A stretch of 64,000 nucleotides of DNA from assembly GCA_947377285.1 (NCBI GenBank), contig CANCFT010000013.1:8571-72570 (forward strand). The letters are read 5' to 3'. This DNA is from Bacteriovoracaceae bacterium. GTDB taxonomy: Bacteria; Bdellovibrionota; Bacteriovoracia; Bacteriovoracales; Bacteriovoracaceae. A model generated the notes under the pieces. That model had not been told where the DNA came from, did not search any database, and saw nothing but the letters and a program-made list of their open reading frames with translations. Below, one piece after another: positions 45,382 to 54,814 of this stretch. The translations under genes and the position numbers were made by a program. Position 1 is the stretch's first letter. Each line of letters opens with the position of its first letter.

Positions 45382-46056
45382 TTATTTTTTAGTAATGACT
45401 GGAGTTTTTCTTAAGATATTAAAAGCTGAACAAATCTCACAAGTGAGTCCATCACATCCCCTTGCGCTACAAAATTCTCTTCCATAAAAAATAATTTGAA
45501 GATGTAATTTATTCCATTTTTCTTTGGGAAATATTTTTTTTAAATCTTCTTCTGTTTGCTCAACATTTTTTCCATTAGTTAATCCCCAGCGCTGGGCCAG
45601 TCTGTGAATATGGGTGTCGACTGGAAAAGCTGGGACCCCAAAACTTTGGGCCATAACAACTGAAGCCGTTTTATGTCCAACTCCAGGTAAGGATTCTAGT
45701 GCTTCAAAACTTTGTGGAACCTCTCCAAAATATTTATCCAAGAGTATTTGAGAGAGCTCATGAATGGCCTTTGATTTTCTTGGAGATAATCCGCACGGTT
45801 TAATGATGCTAGCAATTTCTTCAACGGTCAGTTGAACCATTCTTGAAGGAGTATTGGCTTTTTTAAAAAGGAGTGGCGTAATCCTATTGACTCTTTCATC
45901 TGTACATTGAGCCGATAATAAAACGGCTATGAGTAAGGTATAAGAATCAGTGTGGTTAAGCGGAATAGGAGTTTCCGGATAGAGTTCTTCTAAGCGATTG
46001 AGGATAAAATCGGCTTTGTCTTGGCGAAGTGACATTACTTGATTGTGACAAAACAA
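45382..46056 (-). CDS. nth: endonuclease III
   Basis: LLIAVLLSAQCTDERVN, HhH-GPD LPGVGHKTASVV, VDTHIHR and a C-terminal Cys cluster. The start is probably Met8. Confidence 0.9.
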   Translation of the reverse strand: MFCHNQVMSLRQDKADFILNRLEELYPETPIPLNHTDSYTLLIAVLLSAQCTDERVNRITPLLFKKANTPSRMVQLTVEEIASIIKPCGLSPRKSKAIHELSQILLDKYFGEVPQSFEALESLPGVGHKTASVVMAQSFGVPAFPVDTHIHRLAQRWGLTNGKNVEQTEEDLKKIFPKEKWNKLHLQIIFYGREFCSARGCDGLTCEICSAFNILRKTPVITKK

Positions 46057-46156
46057 AGCTATTTAATCAACCACTTTCTAAACTAGAATTTGATAAATTA
46101 TTAAAAAGAAAGTTAAAATTATTACAATTATACCGATTAAAGAAACAAATGACTTT

Positions 46157-46447
46157 TTGCGAATAATCGTTTTAGTCTCAACTTGCCTTGGAGGGCCAGT
46201 GAAAATAGATATAGTTCAAGATGCCAAAGATCATACTTATACTTTGGCCGTAAAAATCGATCAATTTAAAACACTAAGAGATTATGAAGTTATTCATAAT
46301 CTGATTAATGCCATTTCGCTTGATTTTGATTTAGATCCAGAAATATCAATGGAAGATTTAAAAAAGATTGTCGCTGATGCTAAAGCTGAAGAAGCCTTAG
46401 AAGTCACATGTGATATTGGGCCCGATGGAATTGATATAGAATATTAA
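46157..46447 (+). CDS. hypothetical small acidic protein
   Basis: 96-aa ORF from a TTG start. An alternative GTG (Val15) follows GGAGGG. No family recognised. Confidence 0.35.
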   Translation: MRIIVLVSTCLGGPVKIDIVQDAKDHTYTLAVKIDQFKTLRDYEVIHNLINAISLDFDLDPEISMEDLKKIVADAKAEEALEVTCDIGPDGIDIEY

Positions 46448-46449
46448 AA

Positions 46450-47607
46450 CTAAGCGGCTTCACCTTTTATTTTTTGATTATACCAATCAGGTGCCAAAAA
46501 ATTGCTTTTTGGAAAGGGAAGTTTATTGACGATTATATCATCAAAGAATGTTGGAATATAATTACACGGAACCATTTCTCCAATATATTTTCCAGTTTCA
46601 GGATCTTTCCCAGTCTGAACCCAACGAAAAATATCTCTACAAATATAATTTCCATTTTTATCTATACCTAAAATTTCTGATATATGAGATGTCCTTCGTC
46701 CACCATCATGCATTCGGGTACATTGAACAACTAATTGCATGGCCGAAGCAACCATTTTCCTAACAGCGTCAGGTGGAATTTTTGTATCTCCCATCAAACA
46801 TAATGTTTCTAAACGAGTGCAAGCGTCCACTGGATTATTTGCGTGAACAGTTCCCATACTACCATCATGACCAGTATTCATAACTTGAATTAAATCTAGT
46901 GCTTCTTCACCGCGAACTTCTCCAACAATGATTCTATCTGGTCGAAGTCTCATCGCTGACAATACAAGTTCACGGATACTCACTTCACTGATTCCGCGTT
47001 CGGCATCAGCTTTTCTAGTCACAAAATTTACAACATGTTCAGCTTTTACTTGAAGTTCAGCTGAATCTTCTATAATTAATAAGCGTTGTGTTTTTGGAAT
47101 CCGAGATCCCAGAACATTGAGCATTGTGGTTTTTCCAGACCCAGTCCCGCCTGAAACAATAATATTTTTGCTTAAATAAATACAAATATCCAAAAAACGA
47201 GCAGCTTCTTTTGATAGAGAACCAAAAGAGATCAAGTCATTGAGAGTTAATTTTTCTTTTGAAAATTTTCTTATTGCTACTGTAGTACCATTTCTGGCCA
47301 TTGGAGGAAGAACGACTGCGATACGAGAGCCATCTGGCAAAAAACCATCTAAACGTGGATTGTCCTTATCAATTCTTCTTCCGATTGATTGGGCAATCGC
47401 TCGCATTGCCGCCAATAATGCTTCTTCATTATGAAATTGAGAATCCGTTTTATAAACAAGTCCTTTTTTTTCAACGAAAATTTCTTTTGGCCCGTTAATC
47501 ATAATTTCAGAGACCCCGGGATCATCGAGGTGTTCCTTTATGGGATAGAGAAACTGATCAATTGCGTCCTTAAAAACTGATGACATTTTATTCGCTCTCT
47601 TTATCAA
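46450..47607 (-). CDS. cpaF: CpaF/TadA-family secretion ATPase
   Basis: AIRKF, Walker A SGGTGSGKTT, IIEDSAEL, LRPDRIIVGEVRGEEA and NTGHDGSMGTVHAN. The start may be Met8 (47586). Confidence 0.85.
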   Translation of the reverse strand: MIKRANKMSSVFKDAIDQFLYPIKEHLDDPGVSEIMINGPKEIFVEKKGLVYKTDSQFHNEEALLAAMRAIAQSIGRRIDKDNPRLDGFLPDGSRIAVVLPPMARNGTTVAIRKFSKEKLTLNDLISFGSLSKEAARFLDICIYLSKNIIVSGGTGSGKTTMLNVLGSRIPKTQRLLIIEDSAELQVKAEHVVNFVTRKADAERGISEVSIRELVLSAMRLRPDRIIVGEVRGEEALDLIQVMNTGHDGSMGTVHANNPVDACTRLETLCLMGDTKIPPDAVRKMVASAMQLVVQCTRMHDGGRRTSHISEILGIDKNGNYICRDIFRWVQTGKDPETGKYIGEMVPCNYIPTFFDDIIVNKLPFPKSNFLAPDWYNQKIKGEAA

Positions 47608-48142
47608 GATCCATTGAGTCGCCCATCCCCTTAAGTTCTTTAAGCTCGGATCTTTTAATTTGTACCCATTCGGTAGGAGTTTCTTTGGGCATCCATATTT
47701 TTACTGTATCTGAGGCAAGACCTCGCCTCATTCTCTCTTCTTTATCGGCAGGCTTCTCTAAAATCATAATTCTTCCAGTGAAAGTATTATTGGGGCAATT
47801 GAATTGATAAACTCCGACCTTATCAAAAAATGTTTCAGATTCAGTAATTTTGGATGGATTAGCAGTTGTGTAAATATTTTTATCGGGAATATTAAAACAT
47901 GCTGACTCTACCCCAACAGATGTAATAAAAAATCTGACTTTTTCGCCTTTAAAAGCAATTAATCGATTGGGATAAAATCCTTCTTTACTAATGATTATGG
48001 CCTGTTCTCTATAGGGAACATCGAGAGTTTTTTCTTTGTTATAGCTTTCCTCAAGGCCCATAGAGCTTGAAGAATATACCGAGGATAAAAATAAAAATAT
48101 GATGAATCTTAATTTGAACGCTTTGATAAAAACCCCTTTCAA
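47588..48142 (-). CDS. secreted cupredoxin-like domain protein (no Cu ligand set)
   Basis: Signal-like N-terminus. The cupredoxin_1-type pattern is ISKEGFYPNRLIAFKGEKVRFFITS...VGVYQFNCPNNTFTGRIMILE, with no His/Met ligands around the Cys. Confidence 0.55.
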   Translation of the reverse strand: MKGVFIKAFKLRFIIFLFLSSVYSSSSMGLEESYNKEKTLDVPYREQAIIISKEGFYPNRLIAFKGEKVRFFITSVGVESACFNIPDKNIYTTANPSKITESETFFDKVGVYQFNCPNNTFTGRIMILEKPADKEERMRRGLASDTVKIWMPKETPTEWVQIKRSELKELKGMGDSMDLDKESE

Positions 48143-48227
48143 GTCAAATTCTTTGAACTACTATTGGGCTTATCGGTAACCTATCAAAAAGCTTTAGTCG
48201 GGCTTTGCAGAATGACCAAAATATTAG

Positions 48228-48614
48228 TTATTGGCATTTTTGAGAAATAGTGACTATCGACTTTGAAATTGGTGAATGTGTTAATGTTAATTTAATTTCA
48301 GGCTTGTCTTTATAGGACATTAACTCAATTTTAGAACTCCAATTATCTGAGTTTTCAAGCATTGTAGATTTATAAACAAAACCACCTGGTACAAAATCGC
48401 TTTCTTCTATATTAACTTTAAAGTCTTCATGAGTTTCTACGTTTGAAATAAATAACGATTGCTCTTCTGGAACAAAATTAAAAATAAATTTTTTATTACC
48501 AATCACATCCGAAAATTTACACTGAAAATTTTCGGAATTAGGATTTCGTAAAAGTTGACTTTGAATAGAACTGCAACTTACTAAAAATAATGAGATCAAC
48601 CAAAAAAACTTCAT
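48228..48614 (-). CDS. hypothetical lipoprotein
   Basis: Start at Met13 (AAAGGG RBS), giving MKFFWLISLFLVSC, a lipobox with Cys. Confidence 0.55.
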   Translation of the reverse strand: MKFFWLISLFLVSCSSIQSQLLRNPNSENFQCKFSDVIGNKKFIFNFVPEEQSLFISNVETHEDFKVNIEESDFVPGGFVYKSTMLENSDNWSSKIELMSYKDKPEIKLTLTHSPISKSIVTISQKCQ

Positions 48615-48624
48615 ATCTACCCTT

Positions 48625-49893
48625 TTGAAATCACACAATACTGAATTCATATTCGGTTTTAATTACAAAAGTATTAAGTTTTTCCCATACCTGACCGATA
48701 CACTTAAGTGTTTTGTTAAATATGGGACAAATTCATTGAGACTAAAATTAAAAAATTTAATTAAAATAAAAAAATTGGGACACTTCATCTTTATAGCGTA
48801 TTTGACAACATATTTGATGGTGACGTCTTTTGCAGCAGATAATTGCACTGCCATTGTAAAAAACTTACTAGTTGGAATGGATTCGACCATCGCCAAGTCC
48901 ATTGACCTAGACAAACATGTTAATCACCGCGTTTTTATAGCTAACTATGCTAAAAAAAATGGAATAGCTGTTTTTTACAAACAAAATCAATCGGGTGAAG
49001 ACATACCATTTATTTTAGTAAATCGAGAGTCTTCAAAAAAACTAACTAACTTCATTGATAACAGTTACGGCACAGATGTTGTGCTTCAACCTAACCATGG
49101 AAATGACCATGGTCTAATGAGAACTGGAAATTTTATTATTGATGTCGATGCTCCTGGTTATCGAGGATATAATGAGCTTCATAAAACGGGACTTGCCTGG
49201 AAAGATTTCAGTTCATACATTTCAAGACGCCAGCAAAATTCAGGAATTATTTTAGAAGTTAGCTATTTAGTCACACCAGAAGAAAAAAGGGTCATTGATT
49301 TTTATCAACGTATAAGACGAGCGGCCATTTTTAGAGTCAAATTTTCTTTCAAAGATTTTAAAACTGAAGATCACCCTTTTCTTCTCAATAATGGTGGTGA
49401 GCATTGTTTTATTTTCTGTAAGGCCCAAGCTGTTACATCTCACAATAATGAATTGCGTGCTAAATTAAATACTCTAGGCTTAAAAGATATAGATGCTTTT
49501 TTTATGGATCCAGAAGTCATTAAGAGAATCGATGAAATAAAAAACATAGTTTTAAGTACAGACCCTGCGAGATTAGGTCCAGAACTTTTAAACGACGAAA
49601 AAATATTAAAATCATTTAATCAATTCTACCCTCCCGAAATACAAACAGCAGAACAGAAATTTGAATTTTTAAGATGGGCGATATCCTATGAAGGATCTGG
49701 AAATTACAACCGTGTTTTAAAAGATTTAGGTGTCAGCTCAGATTACGGAATTAATGATATCAAGAACAAAAGAGTCAGTGCCATTTTAGTTTATGATGAA
49801 AATGTAACTCCCGAAAATTTTAATAATGCAAAATATACAGCGAAAGGTGCCTTTACACCTTGGCCTTTAGGCCTGCAAAAGCCAGTGGAATAA
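48625..49893 (+). CDS. hypothetical secreted protein, paralogue of the N-terminal domain of the next gene
   Basis: The ORF opens at TTG 48625. The likely real start is in-frame TTG 48736 or 48774, giving the signal ...KIKKLGHFIFIAYLTTYLMVTSFA/ADNC. It is 6 nt upstream of the next gene. Confidence 0.6.
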   Translation: MKSHNTEFIFGFNYKSIKFFPYLTDTLKCFVKYGTNSLRLKLKNLIKIKKLGHFIFIAYLTTYLMVTSFAADNCTAIVKNLLVGMDSTIAKSIDLDKHVNHRVFIANYAKKNGIAVFYKQNQSGEDIPFILVNRESSKKLTNFIDNSYGTDVVLQPNHGNDHGLMRTGNFIIDVDAPGYRGYNELHKTGLAWKDFSSYISRRQQNSGIILEVSYLVTPEEKRVIDFYQRIRRAAIFRVKFSFKDFKTEDHPFLLNNGGEHCFIFCKAQAVTSHNNELRAKLNTLGLKDIDAFFMDPEVIKRIDEIKNIVLSTDPARLGPELLNDEKILKSFNQFYPPEIQTAEQKFEFLRWAISYEGSGNYNRVLKDLGVSSDYGINDIKNKRVSAILVYDENVTPENFNNAKYTAKGAFTPWPLGLQKPVE

Positions 49894-49899
49894 AAGATT

Positions 49900-52191
49900 A
49901 TGATGAAAAACTTAATGACATTATTTTTCGCCCTTTTATTTTCATTTTCACTCAACGCAAATGATTTATGTATAAATCTCGTAGAGAAATTAATTACTCA
50001 AAAAGATCTTCAAGGCTATGAAGAATCAGCTCATCTCGTTGGTAAATTAAAACGTTTTGCTGACGACAATAAATTGCTCTATAAAGTAATGGATATTGGT
50101 CCAGAGCAAAGAAGAGTTCAAAGACTTTTTGTCGCTCTTGATATGAACGATGAAGAAATGGTTCAGAAATACTTAAAAGCTTTTAATCTTGAGGATGAAG
50201 AAAATCCAGTTTTAGCTTTAGAGTTTGGTTATGAAGTTCCTGATCAATACGTAAGCGGAGTTCTTCGAACATCTTCAGACCCAAAAGCTCCCGTATATCG
50301 ATGGGGAAAAAAAGATTTACCGAGAGATCAATGGGCGCAAGAGTGGATGATAAAGGGTGGCTTTAATCGCTATCCTCAACGAGTAAAAAATCCGGTTTGG
50401 GGATATTCTCACATCCTTGAATTAGATAAAAATGAAGCAAAAAATGTTTCGCACTTTTTAGAAAACCCATTAGAAAGAGGTCCTTGTAAATCTGACAACT
50501 GCGTTGCTTGGACTGCCAGTATTGAATTAGGTGTCACTAAAAAAGAGGCCACAACTGAAGAGAGAAGATATTTATTTAACGAGTTAGGTGTCTCTAGAGC
50601 TTCTGCCCATTACGAAATTGGCCGGCGACTAATGCATGCCACAGATCAAAGACATTCTGGTGTTATTGTTTTCGTTAATGGAAAAGAAGGTCGAGATGCT
50701 TTTAGTAAAAATTTAAAGAATTTCTTACCACCAGAACCTCAAATTCCTTATACAAATATCATAAAAGGATTAGGTCATGACCCTAAGGGGGAACTCATGT
50801 CGGCCGTGGCGAAAATTCCTGATGGTTCAAAAATATTCTTTCCAATAGCTGCAGGAGCTAGTCCTGAGGCCATGAGCGCACTCATACAACTTGCAGCAGG
50901 GGCAAAAAAAGGTTTTGATATTTCAATTCTCGTTAATGGAATAAATGAATCAACTCTTAGAAAAGGAGCAGAACTTCCAGGAGGAAAAATCCGCTTTAAT
51001 TCTCTTTTTGTTGGAAGCAGCATGCGAAAGCTTCATAGTGAAGGAAAAATAAATTATGTACCCGGCTATTTAAGCGATTTCCCTCGCTATATGCGAGACC
51101 CGGCCATGAAAGATTTTAATTACGATGCAATCGTTGTAAGAGTCAGTCCACCTAATGCTGAAGGCTTTCATTCTTTTGGTCCTAATTATGATATGATTCA
51201 TACAATTCTAGAGGCCCATCCAAAAATTAAAATCATTGCAGAAGTAAATCCAAATATTCCTTTTACTTCAGGTGAAAATAAAATTCATGCCAGTAAACTA
51301 ACTGCACAGTTTAAAAGTTCGGCTAAATTGGCCGGGCCTCCGATTGTCCCTTTTACTGAAGTTGAAAAAAGAATTGGACTTTCATTAGGGAAATTAATTG
51401 ATAACGACTCAACACTTCAAGTCGGTATTGGAAATATTTTTGGTGGATTAGCAGATGGTTTAAAAAAAGCTAAACGCACAAACCTAAAAATTTCTACAGA
51501 AATGTTCGGTGATGGACTTAAAGATATTATGGAAAAAGGAATCGCGACTGAAGCAGAGACTGGCTTTGCCTATGGATCAGAAGATTTATATAAATGGCTC
51601 AATCTCAATGAAGCGGTAAAATTTGTTTCAACTGAAAAAGTTAATGATACGGCTTTGATTCAAAATACTGAGAAATTCCATGCAGTCAACACCGCCCTTC
51701 AAGTTGACCTTAGAGGATCAGTCAATGCTGAAATAGGCCCAGAAGGACGATTGAGTAGTCCTGGTGGTCAAGTCGAATTCATGTCGGCCGCCTCTCGCTC
51801 ACGCGGTGGAAAATCTATTATAGCGATTCGCTCTACGGCCAAAAATGGGGATTTTTCTACAATTGGAATGGAACTCTACAAAGGCAATGTGACAACTCCG
51901 GCAGAGAGTGTTCATTATGTTGTCACTGAATATGGAGTGGCCTTACTTAAGGGAAAATCTGAATCGGAAAGGGCCATTGCTTTAATTAATATTGCCCACC
52001 CAAAATTTAGAGAGGAATTAAAAAATAAAGCAATCGAGTCTTCAATTATTTCAGTAGAAGATGCCACGAGAATCATACTAGACGCTCCAGTAATTGCCGA
52101 AGTTGAAAATTCTGAAACAAATTCTCGCAATATCGCCAGTGTTGAATCAATTTGGTCAAAAATTTGGGCATCAATTATGGAATATTTTTAA
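49900..52191 (+). CDS. secreted fusion: unknown N-terminal domain (about 300 aa) plus acetyl-CoA hydrolase/transferase-family domain
   Basis: Signal MMKNLMTLFFALLFSFSLNA/NDLC. CoA-transferase blocks are IFFPIAAGASPEA, VVRVSPPNAEGFHSFG, LQVGIGNIFGG, STEMFGDG and VNTALQVDLRGSVNAE...SPGGQVEFMSAASRSRGGKSIIAIRST. Confidence 0.8.
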   Translation: MMKNLMTLFFALLFSFSLNANDLCINLVEKLITQKDLQGYEESAHLVGKLKRFADDNKLLYKVMDIGPEQRRVQRLFVALDMNDEEMVQKYLKAFNLEDEENPVLALEFGYEVPDQYVSGVLRTSSDPKAPVYRWGKKDLPRDQWAQEWMIKGGFNRYPQRVKNPVWGYSHILELDKNEAKNVSHFLENPLERGPCKSDNCVAWTASIELGVTKKEATTEERRYLFNELGVSRASAHYEIGRRLMHATDQRHSGVIVFVNGKEGRDAFSKNLKNFLPPEPQIPYTNIIKGLGHDPKGELMSAVAKIPDGSKIFFPIAAGASPEAMSALIQLAAGAKKGFDISILVNGINESTLRKGAELPGGKIRFNSLFVGSSMRKLHSEGKINYVPGYLSDFPRYMRDPAMKDFNYDAIVVRVSPPNAEGFHSFGPNYDMIHTILEAHPKIKIIAEVNPNIPFTSGENKIHASKLTAQFKSSAKLAGPPIVPFTEVEKRIGLSLGKLIDNDSTLQVGIGNIFGGLADGLKKAKRTNLKISTEMFGDGLKDIMEKGIATEAETGFAYGSEDLYKWLNLNEAVKFVSTEKVNDTALIQNTEKFHAVNTALQVDLRGSVNAEIGPEGRLSSPGGQVEFMSAASRSRGGKSIIAIRSTAKNGDFSTIGMELYKGNVTTPAESVHYVVTEYGVALLKGKSESERAIALINIAHPKFREELKNKAIESSIISVEDATRIILDAPVIAEVENSETNSRNIASVESIWSKIWASIMEYF

Positions 52192-52193
52192 AA

Positions 52194-52826
52194 CTAAATC
52201 GTAATATCATTTTCATCTTTTCCAACAGGCAAACGTTGATCGACAGGTTTAACAGGAGGTGCCTTAGGAGTCGTTTTCGATGTTTTTAATTTTTTAAATT
52301 TTATTAAAAGTTCATTATTTTTATTTTCAAACTCAGGCGTTTTTTGATCAACTCCTTCTGGAATCGAAAAAATTCTTTCAAAGTGAACTTTAGAAACTCT
52401 CTTTGATTTTGGATTATTGAGATCGACAGTTTCAATATCACCAATGAATTGAATTTGTCCTTTTTGGATTTTTATATCAAGTGGTTTATTTTTTATTTGT
52501 TTAACTTTTAAAACAAATACCATTTGATTGTCAGTTTCTCGCCAATCATACTCTCCCAAAACATCTCCGCTCCCAGGCATATCACCCATGCCAAAGCCAT
52601 TCGCATTTTTATCAAATTGTTGAATTAGATCTTCAAAATGCTTATCTAAATTTTGAAAATTAGAATCATTAAATAGAGACTTAATCATCTCTTCACGCGC
52701 TTTCATGATTTCTTTAATTTGTCGGTCTATTTCTTGCTGACTCGTTGTTTGAGAAAAAGAATTTTCTCCCATCACAAATAAAATAAATATTAAAATAAAT
52801 TGAGTCCAAAGATTTTTATTTTTCAT
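52194..52826 (-). CDS. signal-peptide-bearing Hsp20/alpha-crystallin-like protein
   Basis: Signal LWTQFILIFILFVMGENSFSQ. ACD-like pattern: DWRETDNQMVFVLKVKQIKNKPLDIKIQKGQIQFIGD...FERIFSIPEGVDQKTPEFENKNNELLIKFKK. Confidence 0.55.
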   Translation of the reverse strand: MKNKNLWTQFILIFILFVMGENSFSQTTSQQEIDRQIKEIMKAREEMIKSLFNDSNFQNLDKHFEDLIQQFDKNANGFGMGDMPGSGDVLGEYDWRETDNQMVFVLKVKQIKNKPLDIKIQKGQIQFIGDIETVDLNNPKSKRVSKVHFERIFSIPEGVDQKTPEFENKNNELLIKFKKLKTSKTTPKAPPVKPVDQRLPVGKDENDITI

Positions 52827-52851
52827 CTATTAAATCCTTATTTTTTTAAAA

Positions 52852-53163
52852 TTAAATCCGCTCTAATAACATAACTTGATAGGCAGGCACTTCATAAGGA
52901 TGATTTTTTTTCATCGCCTCTATTACTGCTAAAATATTCTCCGCTAAGCAAATCATTTCTACCTTAAGTTCAGAAACTTTTTCTAGCTGATTTAACTCTC
53001 CCAATGCCGGATTTGCTCCTTTTAAAGGCCTAAATTGACCTGTTCCAAGAGTTTCAAATGAACATTGTTCATAATTACCTATTCGCCCTGCCCCTGCTGA
53101 AAACATCGCCGATTTAACGATTTCTGCCTCATTAACTGGAACATAAAAATCTATTTTATACAT
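52852..53163 (-). CDS. small PII-like protein of the NIF3-insert (YqfO-related) family
   Basis: 103 aa with MYKIDFYVPVNEAEIVKSAMFSAGAGRIGNYEQCSF...HPYEVPAYQV. The assignment is from memory of the family pattern. Confidence 0.45.
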   Translation of the reverse strand: MYKIDFYVPVNEAEIVKSAMFSAGAGRIGNYEQCSFETLGTGQFRPLKGANPALGELNQLEKVSELKVEMICLAENILAVIEAMKKNHPYEVPAYQVMLLERI

Positions 53164-53180
53164 TCACAAATCCTTTCGAA

Positions 53181-53843
53181 CTAAATGGTCAACATTTGTG
53201 CATTTTCAATTATAGTCACGCCATTAGAATCATTAAAGATACTCTCAGTTAAATGGCTGGCCAAACGGTTGGCCTCGATTCCTCGAAATTTTTTCAAAGG
53301 ACCTATTAAGGTATGACTCAAAAAAGGAGACAATTTAATAAATAACTTCTCCATAACTCTCACTTCTTTTCTTTCACCTAATATAAGTGAAGGGCGCAAA
53401 ATAAATAAAGAAGTAAATTTTATTGGTCTCAATCCCTCTTCCATTTCACCTTTAACTTTATTATAAAATACACTTGATTGACTATTGGCCCCCAAGGCCG
53501 AAATAACTCCAAATTTTTGAGCACCACATTTTTTAGAAAATTGAGCGAACGCAATAACAAAATCTTTATCAACTTTTTTAAAAGCGGCAGCTCCCCCGGA
53601 TTTTTTTATGGTTGTTCCAAGCGTGCATAACCCAACATCAACAGAATTAATTCCATAATCAGCAAGATTTATATTTTCAAGTAAATCAAGGCTTGAGATC
53701 ACTTGAATAATTTTTGGATCATCAAAGTCTTGCTTTGTCCTAGAGACTAAAATTATTTTTTCTATACGAGAATCTAGTAGTAAATTCTGTAGTACGAGGC
53801 TTCCAACTAATCCAGAACTTCCAGCGAGAATAACTGTTTTCAT
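53181..53843 (-). CDS. NAD(P)H-binding atypical SDR (HTATIP2/NmrA-like)
   Basis: N-terminal VILAGSSGLVGSLV Rossmann motif, about 220 aa, with YNKVKGEME. Confidence 0.7.
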   Translation of the reverse strand: MKTVILAGSSGLVGSLVLQNLLLDSRIEKIILVSRTKQDFDDPKIIQVISSLDLLENINLADYGINSVDVGLCTLGTTIKKSGGAAAFKKVDKDFVIAFAQFSKKCGAQKFGVISALGANSQSSVFYNKVKGEMEEGLRPIKFTSLFILRPSLILGERKEVRVMEKLFIKLSPFLSHTLIGPLKKFRGIEANRLASHLTESIFNDSNGVTIIENAQMLTI

Positions 53844-53864
53844 TATAACAACCTCCTTTAAACG

Positions 53865-53899
53865 AAAAAAGCCCGGCGAGTTTAAATTCGCCGGGCCTT
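53865..53899 (-). terminator. rho-independent terminator
   Basis: On the minus strand, GCCCGGCGA-loop-TCGCCGGGC is followed by TTTTTT, downstream of the FKBP gene stop at 53926. Confidence 0.75.
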
Positions 53900-53925
53900 T
53901 AAGATATCTAATATTTTGTTAAATA

Positions 53926-54651
53926 CTATTTTTTCTTTGGTGCTGCTGCAGGAGCTGCTGCTGCGGGTGCTTCAATTCCAAGAAGTTCAACTTCAAAAAC
54001 TAAAGTTGATCCACCAAGAATTTTTGGTGGTGCTCCAGCATCACCGTATGCCAATTCTGAAGGAATAACAAATTTTGTTAATCCACCAACTTTCATTAAC
54101 TGAACACCTTCAGTCCATCCTTTGATTACGCGGTTAAGTGGAAAAGAAACTTCCTTTCCTCTTTCTCTTGATGAATCAAATACTGTCCCATCTGTTAATG
54201 TTCCATGGTAGTGAACTTTAACGATATCAGTTTCTTTTGGAGTCGCCCCAGTTCCCACTTTTAAGTGTTTGTAGGCCATTCCAGATGCAGTTTTAGTAGC
54301 TCCATCTTTTACGAATTTTTCAAGAAATTCTGCGCCTTTTTTCTTTACGTCGACAGCTTGTTTTTCCATACGTGATTTAAACATGTCTTGGATTTTTTGT
54401 TGGTATGCCATAGGATCAACTTTTTGCTTATCACCTTTAGCTGAATCTTTTAAACCAGCAGCTAATGATTCTAACTCAGCGTCAGACATAGCAAGTTGAG
54501 TTAAACGAGATCCAAACATTGTACCAATAGAATAAAATGTTTTTTCTTCTTCAGTTTTTGGATCCTTTCCTTTTGAACAGCTAACAGCAGTTAAAACTAC
54601 CATACTAGCTACAACTAAATTTCTTAGAACTTTCGTCTTCATTCTTTTCAT
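53926..54651 (-). CDS. FKBP-type peptidyl-prolyl cis-trans isomerase lipoprotein (FkpA/Mip-like)
   Basis: Lipobox LTAVSC, an N-terminal helical dimerisation-type region, an FKBP core VHYHGTLTDGTVFDSS...FPLNRVIKGWTEG...IPSELAYG, and an Ala/Pro-rich tail. Confidence 0.85.
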   Translation of the reverse strand: MKRMKTKVLRNLVVASMVVLTAVSCSKGKDPKTEEEKTFYSIGTMFGSRLTQLAMSDAELESLAAGLKDSAKGDKQKVDPMAYQQKIQDMFKSRMEKQAVDVKKKGAEFLEKFVKDGATKTASGMAYKHLKVGTGATPKETDIVKVHYHGTLTDGTVFDSSRERGKEVSFPLNRVIKGWTEGVQLMKVGGLTKFVIPSELAYGDAGAPPKILGGSTLVFEVELLGIEAPAAAAPAAAPKKK

Positions 54652-54814
54652 TCCTTTGTATAATTATGATGATGAATAATTTTATATTTCTCTATAACGT
54701 TAATGCCTATCTGATTAAAGATCAAGTTACCAAATTGAATATAAAAGAAAAAAATTTAAAAAAATCGTACTGATATTAAAAAAAGAGAAACTAAAACGCA
54801 GTGCACCTAGCCAG

